A DNA stretch of 64,000 bases. Origin: Candidatus Bathyarchaeia archaeon (GTDB taxonomy: Archaea > Thermoproteota > Bathyarchaeia > 40CM-2-53-6). The position numbers and the translations under genes are program-made. How positions within the stretch are numbered: position 1 is the first letter of the stretch; each line of letters opens with the position of its first letter. The stretch covers positions 11,128-75,127 of the forward strand of contig JBAVCK010000164.1 of NCBI GenBank assembly GCA_049586635.1, in the 5' to 3' direction. The notes beneath the pieces were generated by a model that was not told the DNA's origin, did not search any database, and saw only the letters and a list, made by a program, of their open reading frames with translations. Below are positions 36,292-46,515 of the stretch, piece by piece.

Positions 36292-37176
36292 TTAAGTTCT
36301 ATCCGTTGAGATTAGAATAATGCTACCGATTATTAGTGCAAACCCCACGAACGAAACGTACGAAAAAACTTCATGAAAGAACCAAAATCCTAGGATCGCT
36401 GCGGTGACTGGTTCGATTATGGCAAAAACGCTGGCCTTAGTTGCTTCGATCAGCTTCAATCCGCCTAGGTAAAGAACATACGCCATCGCGGTTGGAACCA
36501 CCCCAATAGTCGCAACTAACTGCCAAGCAAGCATGCTTCCCGGAATTCGGATTCCCTCTAGTCCCACCATGATTGGGAATAGGAAAATGGATCCGAAACA
36601 CGTAGCCAACAAAGCTGTGACCGCCGGGTCCCTACTTTTTCCCAGAACCTTTCCGAAAAGATACCAGGAAGAGTAAGCCAACCCTGAACCCACTGCCAAC
36701 CAGTCTCCAATCTGTGCTCTTGACGCAAACAACGGTTCACGCGTCACTAGACCCAGAATCAGGAAAGCCCCTAGAATCGAAAGAGCAACAGCAGCTATCT
36801 TGGCCTTGGTAAAATGCTCCTTCAGGATCAACCACGAAAGTAGGGCAACGAAAGCAGGCGCAGTGTAAAGAAGCGCAGTCGCGTGTTGCACGGTAGTGTA
36901 CTGAAATGCGGTAAAGAGGAGCGTTTCGAAGACAGACAAGCTGCAGAAACCGAAACACGCGAAGAGCCCTACCTCGCCGAGCGTCAGTGAAACTTCGTAC
37001 CGCTTTACCCGAACGAGAAACGCAAGGACTGGAATCGCGAATATTAGTCGATAAAAAGCGAGCGAAATCGGACCCACATTAGTTTCGGCGTAAGCAGTTT
37101 TGCTGATTACTCCGGTGGTTCCCCATAGGAAAGCAGCCGCCATTATGAGCAAAGCTCCTCTCGTTTGGTTGTTCAA
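36292..37176 (-). CDS. EamA/DMT-family transporter
   Basis: 294 aa, 10 TM segments in two EamA repeats. Confidence 0.8.
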   Translation of the reverse strand: MNNQTRGALLIMAAAFLWGTTGVISKTAYAETNVGPISLAFYRLIFAIPVLAFLVRVKRYEVSLTLGEVGLFACFGFCSLSVFETLLFTAFQYTTVQHATALLYTAPAFVALLSWLILKEHFTKAKIAAVALSILGAFLILGLVTREPLFASRAQIGDWLAVGSGLAYSSWYLFGKVLGKSRDPAVTALLATCFGSIFLFPIMVGLEGIRIPGSMLAWQLVATIGVVPTAMAYVLYLGGLKLIEATKASVFAIIEPVTAAILGFWFFHEVFSYVSFVGFALIIGSIILISTDRT

Positions 37177-37299
37177 CGGTACTTCCGCCGAGCGCGCTGG
37201 GTCAGTGCACTAATTTTCGAACCCTAAATAGCCATCAGATAGTTAAAGGACAATGTTCGGCAATACACTGCTCTGTCATAATCTGCGAGTGTTCTTTGG

Positions 37300-38163
37300 T
37301 TGGCACTATCAAGAGGTATAGTCATTCTTTTTGTTGCTTCATTCTTCTTTGCCACAGCCGCAATTTTCATCAGATTTGCAACTGAAGCTTCCGCGATGTC
37401 GCTATCGTTTTTCCGTCTTTTCATTGCTGCATTGGTAATGGTTCTATTTGGATTCGCAAGCCGAAATTTACATATCCTACCGAGGCGTGACTTGGTTCTC
37501 GTTGCGATCTCCGGCGCATTTCTCAGTTTGCATTTTGCGGCCTTCATTTTCGCGGTCAAGGAAACTACAATCGCAAACGCAACATTCTTGGTGAACACGA
37601 GCCCAGTCATGCTTGCAGTGCTCTCTCCCATCATCATAAGGGAGCGAACAACCTCAAAGGAAATAGTGAGCGTGCTGGTTGCTACGTTTGGAGTCATACT
37701 TGTTGCCAACGCTGGCAATGGCTTCCGAGCGTTCGGATTGGCTGACCTTTCCGCTTTGCTCGCCGCCTTCTTCGTTGCCCAATACTCCATAGTGGGAAGA
37801 TACCTGAGGACGAGCGGCGTTAGCACATCTTGCTACACGTCTTACGTATACTCAGCTGCCGCATTGGTTGCGTTACTTATGGTTGGAGCGTTGGGAGAGC
37901 ATACGTTTCGATCATATGATACGCAAAATATCGTCGCCATTCTTGGCTTGGCGCTGCTACCTACAGCGGTCGGCCATTCACTTTACAACCATTCCCTCGG
38001 TTCTGTAAAGACCGTCACAGCAAACCTCTTTCCATTAATGGAGCCTATCTTGGCATCCCTTTTTGCCATACCTCTGTTCCATGAAGTTCCAAATCCTATT
38101 CAAATTGCGGGATATGCACTGATCCTGCTAGCTGTGATATTCGTCGCAACGAATCTTAGATGA
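37300..38163 (+). CDS. EamA/DMT-family transporter
   Basis: 287 aa, 10 TM segments; divergent from the other EamA gene. Confidence 0.8.
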   Translation: MALSRGIVILFVASFFFATAAIFIRFATEASAMSLSFFRLFIAALVMVLFGFASRNLHILPRRDLVLVAISGAFLSLHFAAFIFAVKETTIANATFLVNTSPVMLAVLSPIIIRERTTSKEIVSVLVATFGVILVANAGNGFRAFGLADLSALLAAFFVAQYSIVGRYLRTSGVSTSCYTSYVYSAAALVALLMVGALGEHTFRSYDTQNIVAILGLALLPTAVGHSLYNHSLGSVKTVTANLFPLMEPILASLFAIPLFHEVPNPIQIAGYALILLAVIFVATNLR

Positions 38164-38263
38164 GCTTTTAATTAGGCGGCCCAAAACACAATGCCAAGCT
38201 ATTTCCAACCTAATTGTCCGAGTGAAAATAATCGCTTGAATGCTCGAAAAGTAGGCGAGAAAC

Positions 38264-39550
38264 ATGCTTGATATGAGATTTGTTCGGGATAACCCTCAGG
38301 TAATCAAGGCGAATCTAACGCGGCGGGGGGACGATGCAAAAATCCCGTGGGTAGACGAACTGCTAGAAAATGATCGCAAATGGCGTAGCCTTCGAACCCA
38401 AGCAGACACGCTGCGAAGCAAGAGGAACAAAATCACCGAACAGATAGCTCAAGCTCGGAGACAAGGCCAGGATGTCTCGCAATTGGTCAAAGAAGCTGAA
38501 CAGATTCCAGATCAAATTAAAACACTCGAGAAAGAGGTCGCAGATCTCGATAGCAAGATTGCGAACACGCTCATGCAATTGCCTAACATAATGCACGAGA
38601 GCGTGCCGGTTGGGAAAGATGAGAATGATAACGTTGAAGTGAGGAAGTGGGGCAAACCACCAGAGTTCAACTTCAAACCGAAAGACCACATCGACTTAAC
38701 CACACAACTTGGGCTTGTCGACCTAGAGAGAGCCGCGAAGGTCGCTGGGGCTAGATTCTACTACCTAAGGGGGGACCTGGTGAAGCTCAATCATGCCCTG
38801 ATAAGACTCGCTTTGGACTTCTGCGATATGAAAGGTTACAAGTTAACACAACCCCCATACCTACTGCGGCGCGAAGCAGTTGGGGGCGCTGTCGCACTAT
38901 CAGACTTTGAAGACGTCATTTACAAGGTGGAAGGAGAAGACCTCTACCTTCTCGCGACGTCTGAACACGCACTCCTCGCGCAACACATGGACGAAATATT
39001 AGACGGGAAGAAACTGCCGCTAAGGTATTCAGGAGTGAGCCCATGCTTCAGAAAGGAAGCTGGCGCGCACGGGAAGGATACCAAAGGGATCTTCAGGGTG
39101 CACCAATTCGAGAAGGTCGAACAGTTCGTCTTCTGCAAACCGGAACAGACGTGGGATGAACATGAGAAACTCATTGCTAACGCTGAAGAATTTTTCCAGA
39201 TGCTGAAAATCCCATACCGAGTCGTCAACGTTTGTACAGGGGATCTCGGAACAGTCGCCGCGAAGAAATATGACCTAGACGCGTGGCTTCCGGGGCAGGG
39301 CACGTACAGAGAGGTGGTCTCCTGCAGCAACTGCACGACGTACCAGGCGGTGCGGTCGAAAATCAGGTTCAGAGACAGGCCTGACGAACCAACCAGTTGG
39401 GTTCACACCCTCAACAGCACGCTCGTCGCCACTGAGAGAGCTTTGGTCGCAATCTTGGAGAACTACCAAACCAAAGACGGTTCGATCACGATCCCAGAAA
39501 CTTTACAAGTCTACATGGGTGGAGCGACCAAACTCAAACCTGCAACATAG
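38264..39550 (+). CDS. serS: seryl-tRNA synthetase
   Basis: MLDMRFVRDNPQ, coiled-coil arm, class-II motifs FRKEAGAHGKDTKGIFRVHQFEKVE and TLNSTLVATERALVAILENYQ. Confidence 0.95.
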   Translation: MLDMRFVRDNPQVIKANLTRRGDDAKIPWVDELLENDRKWRSLRTQADTLRSKRNKITEQIAQARRQGQDVSQLVKEAEQIPDQIKTLEKEVADLDSKIANTLMQLPNIMHESVPVGKDENDNVEVRKWGKPPEFNFKPKDHIDLTTQLGLVDLERAAKVAGARFYYLRGDLVKLNHALIRLALDFCDMKGYKLTQPPYLLRREAVGGAVALSDFEDVIYKVEGEDLYLLATSEHALLAQHMDEILDGKKLPLRYSGVSPCFRKEAGAHGKDTKGIFRVHQFEKVEQFVFCKPEQTWDEHEKLIANAEEFFQMLKIPYRVVNVCTGDLGTVAAKKYDLDAWLPGQGTYREVVSCSNCTTYQAVRSKIRFRDRPDEPTSWVHTLNSTLVATERALVAILENYQTKDGSITIPETLQVYMGGATKLKPAT

Positions 39551-39591
39551 CACAGTAAACGGTATAAGCGGTGCAGGCTGCACGATGAAAT

Positions 39592-40809
39592 GTGCAGTCG
39601 ATGAGAAACCTGTCTCGGCGCATGGAGAAAATCCACATATCGCCAATCCGCAAAGTGGCGGCTTTACTTGATGAGGCACGGGGACGGGGCGACATAATCT
39701 CATTCGGTGGAGGGGCACCTAGCGTTCCTCCGCCCCAAGGCTTTCTCGCCGAGTTCAGCCGCCTGCTCACCTCGGACCCACTGAAGAGCTGCGGATACAC
39801 TGGAACGAGAGGCATCCCGGAACTACGGGCGGCCATCGCAGAAGACGCAAGAAAATACGGCGGGGTCGATTACGATCCTCACTCTGAAATAATTCTGAGC
39901 ACTGGTGGCACTGAGGCAATCTTCAGTCTGCTCATGTCGCTAATCAATTCAGGAGACGACGTGATTGTCACTGATCCCACGTACCTTGGATACCGGGAAT
40001 TGATCGAATTGGCTGAGGGAAAACCAAAGCGGCTCCCGGTCAACGTTGAGGACGGATACCAGCCTAGCCCTGAAGCCCTCAACCAGGCGGTCTCAAAGAA
40101 AACGAAGGCAGTGATGGTTCTATCCCCGGACAATCCTACGGGGAGAATCCTGAATCAGGCCTTTGTGAAGGCACTGGTGGATCTCGCGCAGGATTACGAT
40201 TTCTGGATAATCAGCGATGATGTCTACAAGCACATTGTCTACGAAGGAGAACACGTTTGGATTAGCCGGCTGCCGGGTGCACGGGAGCACACTATAACCG
40301 TTTCAAGCTTCTCAAAGGAAGCCAGCATACCCGGCCTCCGTCTAGGCTACACGCTTGCCCCAAAGGAAATAATCGACTCAATGGAGAAAATGCAACAGTA
40401 CAGCACGCTTGCCCCCGATAGTTTGGCCCAATTTGGTTTGGTGAAATTCCTGAAAGAAAACATGAAGGAACCCTACCTGAGAAACATAGTTCTCCCACAC
40501 TATCTCAAGAAAAGGGATCTTATGGGAAAAATGCTGAAAACGCATCTCCCCTTAGCCAAAACAGTCACCCCGTCCGGGGCCTTCTACTATTTTGTAGACA
40601 TGCGCCCATACCTCTCGAAGCTGAAACTAAACGAAGAGGAATTTACAGGAAGGCTCCTGAAAGAGACTGGAGTAGCAGTTATACCCGGACGATTCTTCGG
40701 TGACAACGGCCGTGGCCACGTTAGGATGACGTTCGTCAGCGAGTCTGAAGAACGAATTGAGTTGGGGTTCAAGAAGATGGCTGATTTCGTTTCAAGAGTC
40801 GGCAGTTAG
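39592..40809 (+). CDS. class I/II PLP aminotransferase (aspartate aminotransferase-like)
   Basis: GYTGTRGIPELR, SPDNPTG, PLP-Lys motif SSFSKEASIPGLRLGY, VRMTF. Confidence 0.85.
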   Translation: MQSMRNLSRRMEKIHISPIRKVAALLDEARGRGDIISFGGGAPSVPPPQGFLAEFSRLLTSDPLKSCGYTGTRGIPELRAAIAEDARKYGGVDYDPHSEIILSTGGTEAIFSLLMSLINSGDDVIVTDPTYLGYRELIELAEGKPKRLPVNVEDGYQPSPEALNQAVSKKTKAVMVLSPDNPTGRILNQAFVKALVDLAQDYDFWIISDDVYKHIVYEGEHVWISRLPGAREHTITVSSFSKEASIPGLRLGYTLAPKEIIDSMEKMQQYSTLAPDSLAQFGLVKFLKENMKEPYLRNIVLPHYLKKRDLMGKMLKTHLPLAKTVTPSGAFYYFVDMRPYLSKLKLNEEEFTGRLLKETGVAVIPGRFFGDNGRGHVRMTFVSESEERIELGFKKMADFVSRVGS

Positions 40810-41516
40810 CCGCTAACTCGCGCAAGAACAACTATAAGACCGCCCATTGAGAACTCCGAAATTCTTACGTCATCAAATCGTTTCTTCAGGGATTGCATTA
40901 GCTCTCGGTTAGTGGAGAGCAGCTGGTAAGTCGGAACAATCATTCGCCACGGGTTGCCGCGGATTCGGCTTGATTTCGAAAACCGTGCGACCAAGGGCAT
41001 GAGGTGTTCAATGTATAACGTAACGAGGGCTCTCTTGAGAACCTCGTTGGGTTTACCCAAATCTATTATCGCGAAGGATCCATCGGATGTCAAAACTCTG
41101 CGAAACTCATCAATAGCCCCCTCGCGGTCTCTGGCATCTCTGAAAGCGTATGCGCTTACGATACGATTGACAGAGCCATTCCTGATTGGGACGGCTTCGA
41201 AAACTGCACGTACGAAATGTAGTTGCGTACGTCTTGATGATTTGAAGCGTTCGCGGGCCGCGCGAAGAAGCGTCGCTGACGCGTCCAACCCTAGAATCGT
41301 GAGGCCTTCGGATTCTGAAAGGAGGGCTTCGCTCATAGTTCCTGGGCCGATGCCCGCATCGAGAACCGTCATTCCCTCGCTGAGTACAAGCTGGCCTACT
41401 GCGTACTTTCGAGCCTTTAATGCCCTACCGAACGAAACCTTCTCGTTAACGTGGTCGTATTCAGGGATCGAGGTCTCTATTGCGTGAATTACCGCGTTCC
41501 ATACGTCATTCTTCAC
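40806..41516 (-). CDS. ubiE: UbiE/MenG-family SAM-dependent methyltransferase
   Basis: YDHVNEKVSFGRALKARKY (UbiE/COQ5 N-motif) and SAM motif VLDAGIGPGT. Confidence 0.7.
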   Translation of the reverse strand: MKNDVWNAVIHAIETSIPEYDHVNEKVSFGRALKARKYAVGQLVLSEGMTVLDAGIGPGTMSEALLSESEGLTILGLDASATLLRAARERFKSSRRTQLHFVRAVFEAVPIRNGSVNRIVSAYAFRDARDREGAIDEFRRVLTSDGSFAIIDLGKPNEVLKRALVTLYIEHLMPLVARFSKSSRIRGNPWRMIVPTYQLLSTNRELMQSLKKRFDDVRISEFSMGGLIVVLARVSG

Positions 41517-41549
41517 TAGAACGACACTCCCTGGCGCCTTTTCAGCTCG

Positions 41550-42242
41550 CTAGCTGTTGTGCCCTGTGTGGGAGAGGTACTGTCTGACGCCGCTCCACCC
41601 CTTGTCGGCTTTGGCCTTCACTATGGCAAACGCATCTTTGCCGCTTAGTGCGCGGGGTTCTTCTCCGGTAACCTCACGAATCATGAACCTTGCTGCACTC
41701 AACACTTCCCCGTTAAGATCAGCTTCAGCAGAATCACCAAGGTGGCAAATCAAGGCCTCAACAGTCATTGGTCCTATTGGCCCGTACTGCCGACCGTGGC
41801 TGGCGGCCACGACGTGAACAGCGTCGAGCGGAAATCCTCGTCGAATTAGCTCCGCGCTGGCTAGGGTAAGATGGTCAACTCGTTCTGCTAACGCGGAGGG
41901 CCGATACCTGCCATCCTCAGTTTGTGAATAAGTAACTGGTTTGAAAATGTCATGAAGCAGAACACCACATATCACGAGGTCATTGTTTACCCTGCACCCG
42001 TAGATCATTCGTGCCACTCGGGACAAGCTCATGCAGAGTTCATACAAGGCCAGCGTATGTTCGATGAAACCCCCAGGGTAGTTGTGATGATGCCGAATAC
42101 TCGCTGGAGATTTTTCAATCGGCAACCCAGAAAATGTCTTACCGCCTATCTTGACTGATGGATTATCAAGGAGGGCATAGACCTTCTTCCGAAGGTTTCT
42201 GGTTCTGATCTTGTTGACGAGCCTGAGCAAGCGTTTGTCCAT
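41550..42242 (-). CDS. HD-domain metal-dependent phosphohydrolase
   Basis: HHHNYPGGFIEHTL ... GVLLHDIFKP (H...HD) ... HLGD. Confidence 0.75.
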   Translation of the reverse strand: MDKRLLRLVNKIRTRNLRKKVYALLDNPSVKIGGKTFSGLPIEKSPASIRHHHNYPGGFIEHTLALYELCMSLSRVARMIYGCRVNNDLVICGVLLHDIFKPVTYSQTEDGRYRPSALAERVDHLTLASAELIRRGFPLDAVHVVAASHGRQYGPIGPMTVEALICHLGDSAEADLNGEVLSAARFMIREVTGEEPRALSGKDAFAIVKAKADKGWSGVRQYLSHTGHNS

Positions 42243-42432
42243 GGTAACCAGCGTTTCAGTTGGTGCCTTGGGAAATAAAGTTGGGCCATTTGCCTTCGGA
42301 CCCCATGTAGAAAGGACCGGGTAGTTTTCGGTAGAGCCATGGAATGCCGAGAGTGATGTCGCCTGCTAGTCTGGATGCCCTGAAGGGCAGTTGGTTAAGG
42401 AGGTTAACTACTTCTCGGGACCGATGCCCTGG

Positions 42433-45069
42433 TTAGGAGCAGGCGCCCCAGCTGCACTCGTGGCATATGTAACAGCCTTCTTGGTACACTACTTGGCTCT
42501 GGCATTGGGGGCAAAGTTTGATCTGTTCGCTCATGCCTCGGGAGGCGTCGACCAAAGGCACAGCCAAGAGCTTCGGTGCGAGTGGCTTCACTACTGCTTG
42601 TTCATCATCATCTTTGCTTTCCCCCTCTTTGGTGTCCTCATTCTTCTTGCGCGGCACTACTAGGACTTGGCCTTTGATTGAGGTATCCCGAAACACGGTA
42701 ACATCCTTGCAGCCGAGTTTGTAGGCGAGCAGGTATGATTCCCGCATGTCTTCGACCGTCGCATTAGCGGGGAAGTTGTTGGTCTTTGAAATCGAGGAGT
42801 CCGTCCACCTCTGAAAGACAGCGAGAGCCCGGATGTGATCCTCTGGGCGAATGTCCATAGCGGTAATGTAGACTCGCTTCAAATCTTCAGGTATGTAGCT
42901 GATTCTCTGGATTGAGCCGCCGTGGTCGTTCACATCCCTAAGCAGGTCATCGCCAAACAAGCCTTCGTCAGTCATGACGCGTTCGAACACGGGGTCGATA
43001 TAGTAGAAGCTTCCAACCTTGACGTGTTTCTCGTAGACGAGGGAGTAGACGGGTTCCATGCCGCTGCTGCATCCCGCGATCATTGAGATGCTACCGGTGG
43101 GTGCGATCACGGTTGTGTACCCGTTCCGTACGCCATGCTGCTTAATCATTTCAGTTACCTTGTCCCACTCGAAATGCCACAGTTTTCGATTGGCGAACCC
43201 CGCGAAGGGCAGCTTTCCTTCAGGGTAGAAGCTTTTGTTGTAGTAAGGCACTGGGCCCCGTTCTTTCGCCAGGTCGATCGATGTAAGCTTTGAGTGGTAA
43301 TTGATGAATTCCATGAGCTCCTCCATGAACTTGCGGCCTTCGTCGCTGTTGTATGCCATGCGAAGTTCGAAAAGTAAGTCAGCTAGCCCCATTACTCCTA
43401 GCCCTATCTTCCGTGTTGCAAGCGTCATGTCTTCAATTGCTTTAAGTGGGAAGTTGTTTACATCAATCACGTTGTCAAGGAATCTGGAACCCACGTAGAC
43501 TGCTTCTTTTAACCCGTCCCAATCATAGTTGTTTTTTCCATTCTCATCACGTTTCGCAAACGCCCATACATTGACGCTGCCCAGATTACAGGATTCATTT
43601 GGGTAGAGCAGGACTTCGCCGCATGGGTTTGTTGTGATTATTGGACCAAGGTGTTTCAAGAACGGGTTGTACTCGTTCACGTGGTCGAAAAAGATCACGC
43701 CTGGTTCAGCACTTTCCCACGCTTGGTAGACTATCATGTCGAACAATAGGCGTGGGTCAACTTCGCGGACAACCTGACCGGTCCGGGGGTTGATGAGGGG
43801 GTATGGTTTGTTCTTGTTGTAGCATTCCCAGAAGTCAGGCATCAAGAGAACTGAAATGTTGAAGTTCCTTAACGCCTTGTTTCCTTTCTTTGCGGTTATG
43901 AATTTCTCGATGTCTGGATGATTGCTGTTGAGTATGCCCATGTTGGCACCGCGCCGGATTCCCCCTTGCTTTATCACGTCAGTCATGGTATCGAACAACA
44001 TCATGAAACTGATGGGGCCCGACGCCACGCCCGAGGTTGAACTTACGTAATCTCCTTCAGGTCTTAGCCTCGAAAAGTTGTAGCCCATCCCTCCCCCCGC
44101 CTTGAAGACCACTGCGGTCTGCTTCAAGGTCTCCATTATGCTCTCAATGGAATCGTCCACACCCAGAACGAAGCAGGCGGAGCCCATTCCGAGAACGTTT
44201 CCGAAATTGGCGATTGCAGGTGTGTTAGGCATGAATTTCTTGGAAACCATCAGCTCGTAGAATGAGTTGATGGACTTCTCATACTTGTTGAAGAGTCCTG
44301 TCTTGAGCATTTCGAAGAAGCGTGACCAGGAAATCTTTGCAGCGCCTTCGCGGTCAAAGCGGTCATACATCCGCTTCAAAGCTTCGAGGTGATACTGGTT
44401 GAGCGCATACTTTCCGATGCTGACCTTCTCATGGTATTGAATTGGGTCAAACTTTTCTTGCGGATGCGCATTCTGTTTCTTGCTTATGTCGTAGACCTCA
44501 GGGTCGTAGAATAGGTCTGGTAGCGCAGCGTGGACTGCGATTCTCGTGAAGAGTTGCTTCGGTGTTTCTATGAGTTTGCCTGTCTCATCCTTTTTCAGGT
44601 ACCTAGCCTTGAGAACTTTCAGGGCGTTCAGGTCGAAGACCTTGTCTACCTCATCGATAGTTTCCTTCTCGAGGATTCGCTGCTTTTCACGCCTAATCTC
44701 GGCTCTTTTCTGCCTGTAGATTATGTATGCCTTCGCGACCTTCGCTTGGCCATTTTCAACTAGCGCTCTTTCTACAACATCTTGAACATCCTCAACGGCA
44801 GGAATCGCTTCTCCACCGTATTTCTCATCAAGTATCTCAACTACGCGGGTTGACAGGGTGTCAGCGAGTGCGCGGTCTCTACTGCCCGTTGCAACTATGG
44901 CTTTGTAGATTGCGTTTGTAATTTTCTCTTTGTTGAATGGGAGGATGCGCCCATCGCGCTTTCTTATTTGGGTGATTCTCAGTCTCGAAGGGACCTCATT
45001 GGTTGAGGGTTCAACGTGGGATACCAATTTGCTCTTGCCTCTTAGAAAGTGGAAGCTCTCTGTAGTCAC
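42433..45069 (-). CDS. nrdJ: adenosylcobalamin-dependent (class II) ribonucleotide reductase with ATP-cone and C-terminal zinc ribbon
   Basis: ATP-cone ITQIRKRDGRILPFNKEKI...; active-site TNPCGEVLLYPNESCNLGS; C-terminal CPQC...CYICHEC. The ORF is open to 45192, but a TTTATA element (complement of 45103-45108) suggests a start at GTG 45069 or TTG 45037. Confidence 0.9.
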   Translation of the reverse strand: MTTESFHFLRGKSKLVSHVEPSTNEVPSRLRITQIRKRDGRILPFNKEKITNAIYKAIVATGSRDRALADTLSTRVVEILDEKYGGEAIPAVEDVQDVVERALVENGQAKVAKAYIIYRQKRAEIRREKQRILEKETIDEVDKVFDLNALKVLKARYLKKDETGKLIETPKQLFTRIAVHAALPDLFYDPEVYDISKKQNAHPQEKFDPIQYHEKVSIGKYALNQYHLEALKRMYDRFDREGAAKISWSRFFEMLKTGLFNKYEKSINSFYELMVSKKFMPNTPAIANFGNVLGMGSACFVLGVDDSIESIMETLKQTAVVFKAGGGMGYNFSRLRPEGDYVSSTSGVASGPISFMMLFDTMTDVIKQGGIRRGANMGILNSNHPDIEKFITAKKGNKALRNFNISVLLMPDFWECYNKNKPYPLINPRTGQVVREVDPRLLFDMIVYQAWESAEPGVIFFDHVNEYNPFLKHLGPIITTNPCGEVLLYPNESCNLGSVNVWAFAKRDENGKNNYDWDGLKEAVYVGSRFLDNVIDVNNFPLKAIEDMTLATRKIGLGVMGLADLLFELRMAYNSDEGRKFMEELMEFINYHSKLTSIDLAKERGPVPYYNKSFYPEGKLPFAGFANRKLWHFEWDKVTEMIKQHGVRNGYTTVIAPTGSISMIAGCSSGMEPVYSLVYEKHVKVGSFYYIDPVFERVMTDEGLFGDDLLRDVNDHGGSIQRISYIPEDLKRVYITAMDIRPEDHIRALAVFQRWTDSSISKTNNFPANATVEDMRESYLLAYKLGCKDVTVFRDTSIKGQVLVVPRKKNEDTKEGESKDDDEQAVVKPLAPKLLAVPLVDASRGMSEQIKLCPQCQSQVVYQEGCYICHECSWGACS

Positions 45070-45279
45070 GCTATTGCACTTTAATAGTTTTCGACAGAAT
45101 TGTATAAAATATTGTACGGGCCGATTGCTGAAATGCATTGCCGTACTCAACGGCCTTCGGGAACTTCGACTGGAAAACGAGTAACACACCATCCTCCAAC
45201 TCGGTTGGTCGTTGAAAAGACTTTTATTGATTGGGAATCGCGCGGCTTGCGCCTGGTCGGCGAAATTATTCGCCGCGAA

Positions 45280-45948
45280 TTACTTCAGCTGGCTCCATGC
45301 GCTCAACGGGTCGGGGATGCCGATCGCGTCGAACGCCTTCCGCCTCATATGGCAACCGCGGCATCTTCCGCATGGGGCGGGCAAATCCTCGTAACAGCTC
45401 CAAGTCAGTTCAAGCGGAACCTTAAGCTTGAGCGCGAGCTTGAGCACCTCAACCTTGTTGTAGTTGATCAGTGGGTTGACGATTTCTATTCGTGACCCTT
45501 CCCGGCCGGACTTGGTTCCCGCACGGACCAACTCATTAATGAGTTGGATGAACTCTGGGCTAGCGTCTGGAAGTTCCTTAGAATCGTCGGCATTTGACCC
45601 GAACACTACCCTAGTGGCGCCTATGGTTTCGGCGTAGGCTGCGGCAACTCCATAGAAGACAATGTTTCGGGCAGGCACATACGCGGACGAGATTTCAGAG
45701 GAGGGCGCAGGGTGGTAGCGCGTTTCAATATGCTTGAAAAATGGTAGGTAAACGCTGAAATGTTCTTTCACCTGGGCCACGGCTGCGAGTTTCTTCGATG
45801 CTTCCGCTTCGCTGTCATAAGATTGCGTGTAGATCATGTTCATGGAATAGACGTCATCGGTCTCCTGCTTGATCAAATAGAGCGCAGTTGCGGAATCGAT
45901 GCCTCCAGAAAGAAGCACTAGCGCCCTAACCAAATTCCTAACCCCCAA
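45280..45948 (-). CDS. queC: 7-cyano-7-deazaguanine (preQ0) synthase
   Basis: LVLLSGGIDSATALYL PP-loop; C-terminal Zn site SCY...CGRCRGC. Confidence 0.9.
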   Translation of the reverse strand: MGVRNLVRALVLLSGGIDSATALYLIKQETDDVYSMNMIYTQSYDSEAEASKKLAAVAQVKEHFSVYLPFFKHIETRYHPAPSSEISSAYVPARNIVFYGVAAAYAETIGATRVVFGSNADDSKELPDASPEFIQLINELVRAGTKSGREGSRIEIVNPLINYNKVEVLKLALKLKVPLELTWSCYEDLPAPCGRCRGCHMRRKAFDAIGIPDPLSAWSQLK

Positions 45949-46095
45949 GCACGAATTATGTTCCGTAAGCTGAATGTGCGCTTCAATATGTGTAGCCTTT
46001 TGGCTAAAGGGGCGACGAAGGGAAGTAGGTGGTGTAATTTTGCGGCGAGAATACTTTACTCGTCCCTAATCGAGGTGGAGAAAGAATGTCCCGCA

Positions 46096-46134
46096 TGGCA
46101 CCAAATGGCACCACCCTGACTTCGGGTGGCACCA
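46096..46134. repeat. three copies of the octamer TGGCACCA in the queC upstream intergenic region
   Basis: TGGCACCA at 46096-46103, 46106-46113 and 46127-46134. The last copy is embedded in GGGTGGCACCACCC, whose arms GGGTGG/CCACCC are complementary. Confidence 0.45.
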
Positions 46135-46179
46135 CCCATGTTTAGGGCTGCTAAGCGGAATCGGTGCGGGTTCTTCGCC

Positions 46180-46356
46180 CTAATGTGCTTTCATAAAGGT
46201 GGCTATGGAGTCTTTTCTGCACTGGGGGCAGATCTTTAGGTGATAGCGGTCGTTGGGGAGCGGTTCGTGGCACCATTCACATCTTCTGATTCTCGGGGTC
46301 TCCATCTCGGGGATTTCTTCGAACAGTAACTTTTCGAGGTCTTCGACCAATTTCAT
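46180..46356 (-). CDS. small zinc-ribbon protein, hypothetical
   Basis: CEWCHEPLPNDRYHLKICPQC; ORF opens at 46449, but the ATG giving MKLVEDLEKLL... is at 46356. Confidence 0.4.
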   Translation of the reverse strand: MKLVEDLEKLLFEEIPEMETPRIRRCEWCHEPLPNDRYHLKICPQCRKDSIATFMKAH

Positions 46357-46515
46357 TTCCTTCTTTTCATTCTGGCCCGTGTGCCTTGTTTGCCGAAGCA
46401 AACGAGGCAAGCATGTACTACATGTTAAGGGTGTTAAAAGAATTAACAAGATTTATAAGAAAGCTATGTAATCAATGTAAGCTGGATATCAGATTAAGCA
46501 CAGTAACCTTGTGAG

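Noticed and set aside
37224-37826. 200-aa minus-strand ORF
   Set aside because: It overlaps the plus-strand EamA transporter, which has a coherent 10-TM profile. The minus-strand translation is low-complexity.
40954-41487. 177-aa plus-strand ORF
   Set aside because: It is antisense to the UbiE-like methyltransferase, which has a clear SAM motif. This is a shadow ORF.
42433-45069. Possible intein in the long class II RNR
   Set aside because: The translation is continuously RNR-like through the active-site TNPCGE region, with no intein block motifs or homing-endonuclease insert. The extra length is explained by the ATP-cone and the C-terminal ribbon.
45070-45192. N-terminal 41-52 codons of the long RNR ORF (MVCYSFSSRSSRRPL...)
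   Set aside because: The translation is low-complexity. The stretch contains a TTTATA promoter-like element on the coding strand, and the conserved ATP-cone begins downstream. It is probably 5' untranslated or promoter sequence.
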